From NCBI GenBank assembly GCA_965261965.1, contig OZ253489.1, positions 1,538,969 to 1,602,968 on the forward strand: DNA of 64,000 nt, given 5' to 3'. Made by a program: the position numbers and the translations under genes. Positions 37,979-48,680 of the stretch are shown here, piece after piece. Every line of letters begins with the position of its first letter. Within the stretch, counting starts at the first letter, position 1. Under the pieces are notes generated by a model. That model had not been told where the DNA came from and searched no databases. It worked only from the letters and a program-made list of their open reading frames with translations. The DNA is from Dehalococcoidia bacterium (lineage in GTDB: Bacteria > Chloroflexota > Dehalococcoidia > Lucifugimonadales > JAGWBF01).

Positions 37979-39310
37979 GTGGTAAATAGAATCGGCCATG
38001 CACCCATCCACGACTTGGTAGGCAACTTGAGCACAACCGGGCCCCTGCAGGACCAACAATCTTCAGCAGAGAATGCTGCTTCCCCGTTGTGGTCCCATCC
38101 TCTGAGTCGCCCCTTCGCTTCTCTTCAACATCGCTACTACATCATCTACTGGGCAGCTATGACAGGCGCAGTTTGGGCAATGAACATGCAGATGTTCGTC
38201 CGTCCATGGTATGCCTTCCAGCTGGAAGACCGGGCATGGTTGATCGGAGCTACAGCTGTTGCCCAAGGAACGCCGACCTTGTTCTTATCTTTATACGGCG
38301 GGGCCTTGGCTGACCGGTTCAACAACAGAAACCTGTTGATCTTCGGCTATTTTATTTCCACCCTGGCAACCTTGGCTATTGCGGTCCTGATCCATATGGA
38401 TGCTATCGTCTGGTGGCATCTGATTTTATCCGCTGGATTTGCAGGAATTGGTCTAGCTCTGGCGATGGGGCCCCGGTTGGCAATCATCTCCGAGCTGGTT
38501 CCCCGGAACGAGGTGTTGAACGGCGTTTCCCTTTCCAACATCGGCAACAATGTAGCTCGCATCGCATCCCCTGCCATCGCCGGATATCTATTGTCCGAAG
38601 CCATCGGAGTCGGTGGAGTTTTTTATCTGATGGCTGCACTAAGCGGCATATCCGTGGTGCTCTTCTTTTTCCTTCCTGCCAAAAAACGTCAGCCCCGTGA
38701 TGTGGACCAATCAGTTTTTCAGGACATGATGGCTGGTTTCTCGTATGTGAAACACCATGAGGTAATTCTCTGGTTGATCCTCCTGTACCTGGTTACTGCA
38801 ACCCTCGGTATGCCCTACCTGTTCCTGCTTCCGGTGCTGGCTGATGCGGCTTGGGATGCCAGCCCACGCCAGATCGGCCTCATATTCAGCATGGTCGGAA
38901 TCGGTTCGCTTGTTGGGTCCCTTGCCACCGCCACCATGGGGGCCTCCGGTCGAAACGGTCTTATCTTGATCGTCGTAGGCATTGGGTTCGGGTTGGGCAT
39001 AGTAACGCTAGCTCTTTCTCCGGTGTACTTGGTAGCTCTGATGGTCGCCATTCCCCTTGGAACCTTCCAATCAGCGAGGCTCAGCCTCAACCCCGCCTTG
39101 GTCCAACTTCAGGCACCCGAATACATAAGGTCCAGGGTTATGGGTGTTTACGAATTTTCCAACGGGGTTTTCCCCTTGGGAGTCCTAGTAATGAGCATCG
39201 CCATGGACGCAGCAGATCCTCGGATGGTTATGGCGACGGCCGGCATTGCAATGGCCCTCTTCTGCTCCTACGTGCTATACGCCAAAGCATCCGTCCGTCA
39301 GCTTCCCTAG
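37979..39310 (+). CDS. MFS transporter
   Basis: YGGALADRFNNR motif A, RSRVMG, about 12 TM segments. Confidence 0.9.
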   Translation: MVNRIGHAPIHDLVGNLSTTGPLQDQQSSAENAASPLWSHPLSRPFASLQHRYYIIYWAAMTGAVWAMNMQMFVRPWYAFQLEDRAWLIGATAVAQGTPTLFLSLYGGALADRFNNRNLLIFGYFISTLATLAIAVLIHMDAIVWWHLILSAGFAGIGLALAMGPRLAIISELVPRNEVLNGVSLSNIGNNVARIASPAIAGYLLSEAIGVGGVFYLMAALSGISVVLFFFLPAKKRQPRDVDQSVFQDMMAGFSYVKHHEVILWLILLYLVTATLGMPYLFLLPVLADAAWDASPRQIGLIFSMVGIGSLVGSLATATMGASGRNGLILIVVGIGFGLGIVTLALSPVYLVALMVAIPLGTFQSARLSLNPALVQLQAPEYIRSRVMGVYEFSNGVFPLGVLVMSIAMDAADPRMVMATAGIAMALFCSYVLYAKASVRQLP

Positions 39311-39326
39311 CCCTACAAGGTCTTTG

Positions 39327-39782
39327 CTAGTCTTTCTTCCAAAAACGCCAACCCTTGCCGGATGATTGAGACTCCTCAGACTCCGACAAGTCCGGCGCTT
39401 CGGCTTCCGGTACGTTCTGGGCTGGAGCAGTTGGTTCAGCATCCGCACCACCCGCGGGCGCGTCGGTGGGAACCTCAGGGGACACATCCAAAGGTTCTGA
39501 GGAACCGGACCCGGAAGGGTCCGATTGAACCTCAACTTCAACTTCCAGGTCCGTGTCGCCGCCGAAGATGTCCCAAGGGTGGAACCACTCCACGAATTCC
39601 TTTGCTTCTTCCAAGGTGCTGAAGCCCTTCTGGGCCCGCCCTGGATCATAGGTGTTGGTTTTCGCCAATGCGTCAAACCCCCGGGGAGTTTGACGGACCG
39701 CACCCACCTCTATCTCCGATGCTTCATCATCAAAGAGGATCAGGCGCTGACCTGCCCGACGTTCACGCCAATATAATCTCAT
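39327..39782 (-). CDS. Hypothetical protein with an acidic low-complexity linker and a WRFWKK tail
   Basis: Compact N-terminal ~85 aa, Pro/Glu/Ser-rich linker, aromatic/basic C-terminus. Confidence 0.65.
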   Translation of the reverse strand: MRLYWRERRAGQRLILFDDEASEIEVGAVRQTPRGFDALAKTNTYDPGRAQKGFSTLEEAKEFVEWFHPWDIFGGDTDLEVEVEVQSDPSGSGSSEPLDVSPEVPTDAPAGGADAEPTAPAQNVPEAEAPDLSESEESQSSGKGWRFWKKD

Positions 39783-39789
39783 CTGTGTA

Positions 39790-40602
39790 TCATCTCCTTA
39801 ATGCTTGACGGTGATTCCTGTTCTGCAAAAGCTGACGGCGCTTCTCCGCCAGCACATCTGGATGGTCTGTCACCACGCCATCCAGTCCCATCCCCATTAG
39901 CTCACTCAAGTCTCTGCTCGCATCCATATCCCAAGCTGCGACCGGGTGACCATGCACGTGCAATTTACGCAACAGACCGGGGTTCAAGGTGCCGCGGTCG
40001 GGAGCCATCCAGTAGGGATTTGCCATGGGGACCAACCACCGCCGCCTGAGGGGAAAAGGATGTTTTCCCGACCAGATATACCCCCTGACTATGCGGTTAT
40101 TGATGGCCTGAAGAAAGCGCGCAGCCAGCGGGTTGAAGCTGGCTACCATGGCGCTTTCCCATCTCTGGTGCGCGGATATCTGCCTGGCAACTTCTTGGGC
40201 CAGACGCCAAGCCCCAAAGCCGCCTGCTTTCATTTCCACGTATATCGGATACCCTTGGGGCATCTGTTGAAAGACCTCCTCCAACGTCGGGACCTGCTCA
40301 GACGTGTAATCACGCCCGAACCATGAGCCTGCATCCAGTGCTTTCAGGTCTTCCAATGTGTGAGACCCCACGGTTCCCACGCCGGTGGTGGTCCGGTCCA
40401 CCCGCCGGTCATGCATTATGACAACCTGCTGGTCTTTGGACAGCCGCACATCCAGCTCTACAGCATCGGCTCCTGCTTCTACCGCCGCTTTGAATGTAGA
40501 CATGGTGTTCTCGGGAGCTTGGCTGCTGGCCCCCCGGTGCGCAATAATCAGGGGGACCTGCTGTGCCCCTGGGGCGATTTTCCATACGCTGCTTCCGAAC
40601 AT
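39790..40602 (-). CDS. Glycerophosphodiester phosphodiesterase
   Basis: IAHRGAS, PENT, VELDV, IMHD, VEMK, VTDHP. Confidence 0.92.
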   Translation of the reverse strand: MFGSSVWKIAPGAQQVPLIIAHRGASSQAPENTMSTFKAAVEAGADAVELDVRLSKDQQVVIMHDRRVDRTTTGVGTVGSHTLEDLKALDAGSWFGRDYTSEQVPTLEEVFQQMPQGYPIYVEMKAGGFGAWRLAQEVARQISAHQRWESAMVASFNPLAARFLQAINNRIVRGYIWSGKHPFPLRRRWLVPMANPYWMAPDRGTLNPGLLRKLHVHGHPVAAWDMDASRDLSELMGMGLDGVVTDHPDVLAEKRRQLLQNRNHRQALRR

Positions 40603-40708
40603 ACTGATGCTCAGTATGCCATCCCCAACCCATCCGATACAATCCTACTACCTTGCAACCCTTGAAAGGATGTATGGGTGCAGCTAGAATCTGCGAAGGA
40701 GGTGGCCC

Positions 40709-42379
40709 ATGCCTACGATGACAGGAGCCCGGTTCTTGGCGGAAACTCTGAAAGCCTACGACGTCACATCGGTGTTTTACATGCCGGCAATAATCCGGCG
40801 AGCTCTGATGGAAATGGAAGATGTGGGAATCAGGCGGATAAACACTCACGGCGAAAAAGCAGCAGCCTACATGGCCGACGGGTATGCTCGGGCTTCACGC
40901 CGCCCTGGGATATGCTTTGCTCAGTCGGTGGGAGCTATGAACCTGGCAGCTGGGTTGCAGGATGCTTACCTGGGACTATCTCCTGTGATAGCTATCACCG
41001 GGCGCCGGCCCTTGATGCACCAGTACCGAAATTCCTATCAAGAAGTGGACCATATGCCTGCCTTTGATTCTGTGACCAAATACAACGTGGTGGTTGACAG
41101 CATTCAGCAGATGCCTCACCTGCTTAGACAAGCTTTCCGGGAAGCTACTTCAGGATCGCCCGGCCCGGTGCACCTTGATTTCCAAGGCATTGCCGGAGAT
41201 TCGGTCATTGATGCCGAAGCTGCGCTGGAGGTTATTGTAGAAGGTGATTTCGCACAGGTTCCTGCTTTTCGGCCTCAACCCGACCCAGAGAAGGTGCGGG
41301 AAGCTGCCAGAATCTTGTCCCAAGCCCGCAGACCCGTCATCGTAGCTGGCGGAGGGGTCACATCCTCCGGGGCACAGCAGGAGGTGGTCGAGCTGGCAGA
41401 GATGCTTTCCATTCCGGTAGCTACATCCCTGAACGCCAAGGGGACCATACCTGAAGACCATCCCCTATCGGCAGGCGTACCCGGTTCCTACTCCCGCTGG
41501 TCTGCAAATCGCATCGTCCACGAGTCGGACCTGGTGCTGTTCGTGGGTAGCCACACAGGCAGCCAGGTAACCTTGGACTGGAAGATTCCTCCCATGGGAA
41601 CGCCGGTTATCCAGATCGACATAGATCCTTCTGAGATAGGTCGAAGCTACCCCGTTCAGGTCGGCCTCCAAGGGGATGCTAAATCAACGGTGCGCCGGCT
41701 GATCGAAGTCCTCGAACCCATAGGTTCCCGCCCGGAGTGGACCGACCGTGTGAAGGAGTTGGTAACCGAATGGCAGACGGAATCCGCTCCTATGCTGAAC
41801 TCAGACCAAGCCCCCATCAGACCGGAACGCATCTGCAAAGAAATAACCGATTCTCTGCCTTCGGATGGTCTGCTGGTTTCTGACACCGGTCATTCCGGCA
41901 TATGGACGGGCACCATGGTTGAGCTAAAATCCCCTGACCAAAGCTATATCCGCTGTGCAGGTTCCTTGGGTTGGGGTTTCCCGGCAGCTCTCGGAGCCAA
42001 GTGTGCGGTCCCTGAGCGTCCGGTGGTGTGTTTCACCGGGGATGGTGGATTCTGGTACCACATGTCAGAGTTGGAAACAGCTGTACGCTACGGGATCAAT
42101 GCTGTAACGGTCATCAATAACAATCGGGGCCTCACCCAGGACAAGAAGGGTGATGAACAAGCTTATGAGGGCCGGCAGGGTAACTCCGATGAGCTATGGC
42201 GGTACGAAGATGTCAACTTTGCCCAGATCGCCCAGACCATTGGCTGCTTTGGCATCCGCGTAGAGCAGCCAAAAGACCTTTCCAGCGCTATGGAACAAGC
42301 GCTATCTTGCAACAAGCCGGCGGTGGTGGATGTAGTGGCCGACATCGAAGGAATCTCACAGCCGCCTTGGGGCGGTTAG
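40709..42379 (+). CDS. Thiamine-diphosphate-dependent enzyme (acetolactate synthase-like)
   Basis: HGEKAAAYMADGYAR and GDGG..NN TPP motif. Confidence 0.9.
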   Translation: MPTMTGARFLAETLKAYDVTSVFYMPAIIRRALMEMEDVGIRRINTHGEKAAAYMADGYARASRRPGICFAQSVGAMNLAAGLQDAYLGLSPVIAITGRRPLMHQYRNSYQEVDHMPAFDSVTKYNVVVDSIQQMPHLLRQAFREATSGSPGPVHLDFQGIAGDSVIDAEAALEVIVEGDFAQVPAFRPQPDPEKVREAARILSQARRPVIVAGGGVTSSGAQQEVVELAEMLSIPVATSLNAKGTIPEDHPLSAGVPGSYSRWSANRIVHESDLVLFVGSHTGSQVTLDWKIPPMGTPVIQIDIDPSEIGRSYPVQVGLQGDAKSTVRRLIEVLEPIGSRPEWTDRVKELVTEWQTESAPMLNSDQAPIRPERICKEITDSLPSDGLLVSDTGHSGIWTGTMVELKSPDQSYIRCAGSLGWGFPAALGAKCAVPERPVVCFTGDGGFWYHMSELETAVRYGINAVTVINNNRGLTQDKKGDEQAYEGRQGNSDELWRYEDVNFAQIAQTIGCFGIRVEQPKDLSSAMEQALSCNKPAVVDVVADIEGISQPPWGG

Positions 42380-43563
42380 GAGCTGGTTCGTCGGTTCTTC
42401 GATATGAAAACCTCAAGGCGGTTCAAAGCTTCTTGGAGGTTCTCGAGAGAGTTGGCATAAGACAAACGCAGGTATCCTTGGCCGTACTTGCCAAAGGAGT
42501 GTCCTCCCAGCAGAGCAACCCCAGCTTCGGGCAATGCTCTGTCCTGGAACTCTTGGCTGGTGATTCCGGTGCCCTTGATGCTTGGGAAAGCATAAAACGC
42601 ACCTTCGGGTAGGGGGCATCTGACGCCCGGAATCCGGCGTAGACCATCAACTATGGCATCTCGACGACGGCGAAATTCTTTGACCATGTTGACCACCGGT
42701 TCCTGAGGCCCCTCCAAGGCTTCTATGGCAGCCCGCTGGACAAAAGTGGCTGCGCAAGAAACGCTGTTGGAGGCCAACCTGACTATGTGGGGAACAAGCT
42801 CCTCAGGAAAAACGCCGTATCCCAGCCGCCAGCCGGTCATCGCATAGCTCTTGGAAAAGCCATCCAAAATGATGGTCCGGTCCTGCATCCCAGGTATGGC
42901 CGCAATGCTTTGGTGGACCCCCTCGTACAGGATGTCTTTGTATATTTCGTCGGACATGATGTAGGTCTGGCTTTGGTTTTTCAGCAAATTCGCCAAGACC
43001 TCCATCTCTTCGCCCGTAAATGCTGAACCGGCAGGGTTCTGGGGTGAGTTCAGTATGATCAACCTTGTCTTGGATGTGATCTTGGATGCTAGGTCTTCCA
43101 GGTCGGGATGGTAACCCTTCTCTTCCAAAAATCGCATGGGCACCGGCCGGGCTCCGCAAAAGCGAATCATCGACTCATAAACGGGAAACCCAGGGTTGGG
43201 ATAGATTATTTCCACCCCGCGCTCAGCCAAAGCCAATATGGTGAAGAACATGATGGGCTTGCCGCCGGGGGTGACGACGACCTGTTCCGGGGCTACGCTG
43301 ATGCCCCTGGTGCTTTCAACGTTGCGGGCAATGGCTTGCCGAAGCTCAGGTAAGCCGGCGGTGGGGCCGTAGTGGGTGAAGCCTTGGCGCATCGCTTCCA
43401 TTCCGGCTTCGACGATGTTGGCTGGCGTTTCGAAGTCGGGTTCCCCGATTTCAAGGTGAATTACAGACCTGCCTTGAGCTTCCAACTCCCGGGCTTTGGC
43501 CAGCACCTCAAAGGCAGCTTCGGTCCCCAAGCTCATCATTTTTCTTGAAACAGTCATACACAC
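42376..43563 (-). CDS. PLP-dependent class I aminotransferase (AspC-like)
   Basis: IGEPDF, NSPQNP, SDEIY, FSKSYAMTGWRLG, GAFY. Confidence 0.93.
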   Translation of the reverse strand: MCMTVSRKMMSLGTEAAFEVLAKARELEAQGRSVIHLEIGEPDFETPANIVEAGMEAMRQGFTHYGPTAGLPELRQAIARNVESTRGISVAPEQVVVTPGGKPIMFFTILALAERGVEIIYPNPGFPVYESMIRFCGARPVPMRFLEEKGYHPDLEDLASKITSKTRLIILNSPQNPAGSAFTGEEMEVLANLLKNQSQTYIMSDEIYKDILYEGVHQSIAAIPGMQDRTIILDGFSKSYAMTGWRLGYGVFPEELVPHIVRLASNSVSCAATFVQRAAIEALEGPQEPVVNMVKEFRRRRDAIVDGLRRIPGVRCPLPEGAFYAFPSIKGTGITSQEFQDRALPEAGVALLGGHSFGKYGQGYLRLSYANSLENLQEALNRLEVFISKNRRTSS

Positions 43564-43754
43564 CTTTCATCCAGAGGCCGGCTATACAGTCCAACGCGTC
43601 CATCCGCCGCCGCTTGCCATGCGCTTCAACGCTTCCGTCCCCCACCGCTTGCCAGAAGGATCATGAACAGTCCTGCCAATTGTTCCAGAGAAATGCCGAA
43701 AGTTCAATCTTCCAGTACCCTATACCACAGAAATGCTTGCCAATAATGCCCAAA

Positions 43755-45745
43755 GTACCCCCACCGTCATCCCCACTGCCATCCCCAGTTGCCCCACCGT
43801 CATTCCGAACCCCTCCCACTGTCATTCCCAGTTCCCCCACCGTCATCCCCAGTTTCCCCACCGCCATTCCGAACCCCCCGCTATCATCCCGAACCCTCCA
43901 ACTGTCATTCCGAACCCCCTCACTGTCATTCCGAACCGCAGTGAGGAATCTAAGATCTCCCCCCGATGGCCAGCCCATTCCTACGACAACCCATCGCATG
44001 AGCAGCACCTTAGATTCTTCGTCGTGCACTCCTCAGAATGACAATAATGGGGTGTCATTCCGAATCCCCCCACTGTCATTCCGAACCGCAGTGAGGAATC
44101 TAAAATCTCCCTCTGATGACCAGTCCATTCCTACGACGACCCATCATGTGAGCAGCATCTTAGATTCTTCGTCGTGCGCTCCTCAGAATGACGGGAGAGG
44201 GGGGTCCTCAGAATGACAGGGCAGGAGGGCTCCTCGCCATGACGGGGAGGAGGCACTCCTCAGAATGGCAGCGGAGAGGGAACGCTCCTCAGAATGACGA
44301 TAAAGGAGGGTCATTCCGAGTTCCTCTTGTCATCCAGAACATTCCACTGTCATCCAGAACCCCCCATTGTCATTCCGAATCCCCTCACTGTCATTCCGAG
44401 TTCCCTCACTGTCATTCCGAACCGCAGTGAGGAATCTAAAATCTCCCCCTGATGGCCAGTCCATTCCTACGACGACCCATCATGTGAGCAGCATCTTAGA
44501 TTCTTCGTCGTGCGCTCCTCAGAATGACAGGGGAGGAGGCGCTCCTCAGAATGACAGGGCAGGAGGACTCCTCGCCATGACGGGGAGGAGGCACTCCTCA
44601 GAATTGCAGCGGAGAGGGAGCGCTCCTCAGAATGACGATAAAGGAGGGTCATTCCGAGTTCCCCTTGTCATCCAGAACATTCCACTGTCATCCAGAACCC
44701 CCCATTGTCATTCCGAATCCCCCCACTGTCATTCCGAACCGCAGTGAGGAATCTAAAATCTCCCCCTGATGGCCAGTCCATTCCTACGACGACCCATCAT
44801 GTGAGCAGCATCTTAGATTCTTCGTCGTGCGCTCCTCAGAATGACGGGGGAGAGGCGCTCCTCGCCATGACGGGGACGGACGCTCCTCAGAATTACGATA
44901 AAGGAGGGTCATTCCGAGTTCCCCTTGTCATCCAGAACCCCCCATTGTCATTCCGAATCCCCTCACTGTCATTCCGAACCGCAGTGAGGAATCTAAAATC
45001 TCCCCCTGATGGCCAGCCCATTCCTACGACGACCCATCATGTAAGCAGCATCTTAGGTTCTTCGTCGTGCGCTCCTCAGAATGACAGGGGAGGCGGCGCT
45101 CCTCAGAATGACAATAATGGGGTGTCATTCCGAGTTCCCCTACTGTCATTCCGAGTTCCCCTACTGTCATTCCGAGTTCCCTCACTGCCATTCCGAACCG
45201 CAGTGAGGAATCTAAGATCTCCCTCTGATGGCCTGTTCATTCCTACGACGACCCATCATGTGAGCAGCATCTTAGATTCTTCGTCGTGCGCTCCTCAGAA
45301 TGACAGGGGAGGCGGCGCTCCTCAGAATGACAATAATGGGGTGTCATTCCGAGTTCCCCTACTGTCATTCCGAGTTCCCCTACTGTCATTTCGAGTTCCC
45401 CTACTGTCATTCCGAGTTCCCTCACTGTCATTCCGAACCGCAGTGAGGAATCTAAGATCTCCCTCTGATGGCCTGTTCATTCCTACGACGACCCATCATG
45501 TGAGCAGCATCTTAGATTCTTCGTCGTGCGCTCCTCAGAATGACAGGTGAGGGGGCGCTCCTCAGAATGACAGCGGAGGGTCATTCCGAACCCCCCGCGT
45601 TCATCCCGAGTTCCCTCACTGTCATTCCGAACGCAGTGAGGAATCTAAAATCTCCCCCTGATGGCCAGTCCATTCCTACGACGACCCATCATGTGAGCAG
45701 CATCTTAGATTCTTCGTCGTGCGCTCCTCAGAATGACGGGGGGGG
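43755..45745. repeat. ~2-kb REP-B/BIME-like array
   Basis: About eight TGTCATTCCGAACCGCAGTGAGGAATCT - ~60 bp - AGATTCTTCGTCGTGCGCTCCTCAGAATGACA modules with tandem half-units. Confidence 0.9.
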
Positions 45746-45835
45746 AGTGGGGTTACCTGCGTTACTCGCTGAGTCTGTACAGTTGCTGTTTGGGTTCAAG
45801 CTGGAACTTGAACATATTTGGACGTATCATGATCG

Positions 45836-47038
45836 ATGATCCCTGCCATAGCTGATGTGGCTCAGGAAACCCTGAAGATAATTGCCTGGGAGGTGTCCAG
45901 TATGACAAGCCGACCTGATGTGGTGATCGTAGGAGGAGGAATCCTCGGTTGTGCCACCGCCTACTTTCTAGCTAAAGAAGGTGTTAGGTCCACCATTCTT
46001 GAGCGCGAATCCGTAGCCAGCTGCGCATCGGGGTTTGCCGCCGGACTCCTGAACCCTCTGCATGGCGCAGGCATCCCCGGCCCCGTGGAAGCCTTTGCTT
46101 GGGAGAGCTTTCAGCTTCATCTTGACCTGATCGATCAGCTCAAGGAAGAAAGCGGGGTAAACCCCCATTTTGCCCCCTATCCGTGCATGTGGACCATCTT
46201 CGACGATTCGGAAGAAACGGTATGTGCGGAGCTGTTCCACCGGGCCCAAAAATACCCAGGATTCCCCGCACATTGGCTTGATGCCGGAGAGGTCCATTCA
46301 TTGGAACCGCGGGTATCAGCCCGAACCGTCAAGGGCATGTACCTGGAAGGCATCATGCAGGTGGAACCTTACCAGTACACTTTGGCTTTGGCCCAAGCTG
46401 CTGAAAAACATGGGGCCACCATACGGAACGGCACCGTGAAGGGCTTGAAAGGCTCTCATGGCCGCGTGACCGGCGTGGTCACAGAAACGGGTGAGATCGA
46501 CTGTGAGACGGTGGTGCTGGCCATGGGGCCTTGGACCAGTCAAGCCGGAGATTGGTTGGGTACGCCGATTCCGGTGGAGCCTCTGAAAGGACAAATCCTC
46601 AGGCTTCAGGCCGACGAAGAACCCTTGGCTTCATCTTTGTACCGCATCGGCGGGGGTTATATTGCATCCAAAGCTGACGGTCTGATATATGCCGGGACCA
46701 CAGAGGAGCATGTCGGGTACAACTCCAGCCCCACCACCGAAGCAAGAGAGTTCATCATGGGTCTAGCCCTCAATATCCTTCCGTTCTTGGCAGATGCCCG
46801 GCTGGTGCTCCAGACCGCCTGCCTCAGACCTGTGTCCGTCGATGGTTCCCCCATCATCGGAAGGGCGCCGGGATGGGAGAATGTGCATGTCGCAACCGGG
46901 GCGGGCCGCAAAGGCATCTTGCTCGGACCTGCCATGGGACGGGCGACCGCAGATATAATACTCCGCAACAGCACCGAACTATCGATAGAAGGATTTTCTG
47001 TTGGGAGATTTGCCGAATCCCAAGAAAAGACCCCATAA
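45836..47038 (+). CDS. FAD-dependent oxidoreductase (glycine oxidase/DadA family)
   Basis: VIVGGGILG, ASGFAAG, PLKGQIL, CLRP, ATGAGRKGILLGP; likely start 45902. Confidence 0.88.
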   Translation: MIPAIADVAQETLKIIAWEVSSMTSRPDVVIVGGGILGCATAYFLAKEGVRSTILERESVASCASGFAAGLLNPLHGAGIPGPVEAFAWESFQLHLDLIDQLKEESGVNPHFAPYPCMWTIFDDSEETVCAELFHRAQKYPGFPAHWLDAGEVHSLEPRVSARTVKGMYLEGIMQVEPYQYTLALAQAAEKHGATIRNGTVKGLKGSHGRVTGVVTETGEIDCETVVLAMGPWTSQAGDWLGTPIPVEPLKGQILRLQADEEPLASSLYRIGGGYIASKADGLIYAGTTEEHVGYNSSPTTEAREFIMGLALNILPFLADARLVLQTACLRPVSVDGSPIIGRAPGWENVHVATGAGRKGILLGPAMGRATADIILRNSTELSIEGFSVGRFAESQEKTP

Positions 47039-47077
47039 CTCGAAGGAAAAGCAGGGTGCCCGTAGCTTGAGAAAGCC

Positions 47078-47566
47078 ATGAAGAAGTTAGCGTCAGCATT
47101 CGCTGATAATGACGCCGGGATCAAGCCCATACGCCCCAGTTGGATACGTTCCAAGCTGGCCCGATGGCCGCTGATCTTGTACAAGCTCCACCTAGGAGCT
47201 TTGATCAGCAGGAAGCTTATGGTCCTGACCACGGTGGGCAGAGCCACCAGTCGGAACCGTTCCATACCCCTATGGTACTGCGCAGAAGAAGATACCATCT
47301 TCTGTTTTTCCGGTTGGGGGCGGGGAAGCGATTGGGCCAAAAACTTGGCGGTGAACCCTCAGGTAAGGATCACCATTGGTCGCACAGATTTCATGACGGA
47401 AGGATCGATTGTGGAATCTTCCGATACACAGGCTCGGATATTACGGTCGTTTCAGCACAAGTACGGCCGCCGGACGGTGAAGCTGTTCTACCATCTGGAC
47501 CGGTTGGAGCTGGTGGCTTTTCCGGTTGGGGGCGGGGAAGCGATTGGGCCAAAAACTTGGCGGTGA
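47078..47566 (+). CDS. F420-dependent nitroreductase/quinone reductase family protein (DUF385-like), C-terminus altered by tandem amplification
   Basis: LTTVGRATSRNRSIPL, SDWAKNLAVNPQV; the native tail VAFPLDRTSEE is displaced to 48608. Confidence 0.8.
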   Translation: MKKLASAFADNDAGIKPIRPSWIRSKLARWPLILYKLHLGALISRKLMVLTTVGRATSRNRSIPLWYCAEEDTIFCFSGWGRGSDWAKNLAVNPQVRITIGRTDFMTEGSIVESSDTQARILRSFQHKYGRRTVKLFYHLDRLELVAFPVGGGEAIGPKTWR

Positions 47567-48583
47567 ACCCTCAGGTAAGAATCACCATTGGTCGCACAGA
47601 TTTCATGACGGAAGGATCGATCGTGGAATCTTCCGATACACAGGCTCGGATATTACAGTCGTTTCAGCACAAGTACGGCCGGCGGACGGTGAAGCTGTTC
47701 TACCATCTGGACCAGTTGGAGCTGGTGGCTTTCCCAGTTGGGGGCGGGGAAGCGATTGGGCCAAAAACTTGGCGGTGAACCCTCAGGTAAGGATTACCAT
47801 TGGTCGCACAGATTTCATGACGGACGGATCGATTGTGGAATCTTCCGATACACAGGCTCGGATATTACAGTCGTTTCAGCACAAATACGGCCGCCGGACG
47901 GTGAAGCTGTTCTACCATCTGGACCGGTTGGAGCTGGTGGCTTTTCCAGTTGGGGGCGGGGAAGCGATTGGGCCAAAAACTTGGCGGTGAACCCTCAGGC
48001 AAGGATCACCATTGGTCGCACAGATTTCATGACGGAAGGATCGATTGTGGAATCTTCCGATACACAGACTCGGATATTACGGTCGTTTCAGCACAAATAC
48101 GGCCGGCGGACGGTGAAGCTGTTCTACCATCTGGACCGGTTGGAGCTGGTGGCTTTTCCAGTTGGGGGCGGGGAAGCGATTGGGCCAAAAACTTGGCGGT
48201 GAACCCTCAGGCAAGGATCACCATTGGTCGCACAGATTTCATGACGGAAGGATCGATTGTGGAATCTTCCGATACACAGACTCGGATATTACGGTCGTTT
48301 CAGCACAAATACGGCCGGCGGACGGTGAAGCTGTTCTACCATCTGGACCGGTTGGAGCTGGTGGCTTTTCCGGTTGGGGGCGGGGAAGCGATTGGGCCAA
48401 AAACTTGGCGGTGAACCCTCAGGTAAGAATCACCATTGGTCGCACAGATTTCATGACGGAAGGATCGATTGTGGAATCTTCCGATACACAGGCTCGGATA
48501 TTACGGTCGTTTCAGCACAAATACGGCCTCCGGACGGTGAAGCTGTTCTACCATCTGGACCGGTTGGAGCTGGTGGCTTTTCC
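47306..48583 (+). repeat. Six tandem 212-bp copies of the 3' half of the DUF385 gene
   Basis: Junctions at 47306, 47518, 47730, 47942, 48154, 48366 and 48578 (ttttcc microhomology); copies differ by scattered substitutions. Confidence 0.95.
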
Positions 48584-48680
48584 ACTGGATCGAACTTCGG
48601 AAGAGTAGCTGCCTGAAAGAGGATAACCATCAGGTGTCCCAAAGACTCGGCGAGGCTCAGGTGCAGTCGGTCTTCCCCTG

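Noticed and set aside
43545-45839. ORFs over the repeat arrays (43545-44216, 44705-45550; also 9295-10339)
   Set aside because: They translate palindromic repeats into recurring SFRT/CHSE/VIP peptides, with no coding signal.
47140-48616. Series of ~154-aa ORFs in the 212-bp array
   Set aside because: By-products of out-of-frame tandem units, starting in a non-coding frame.
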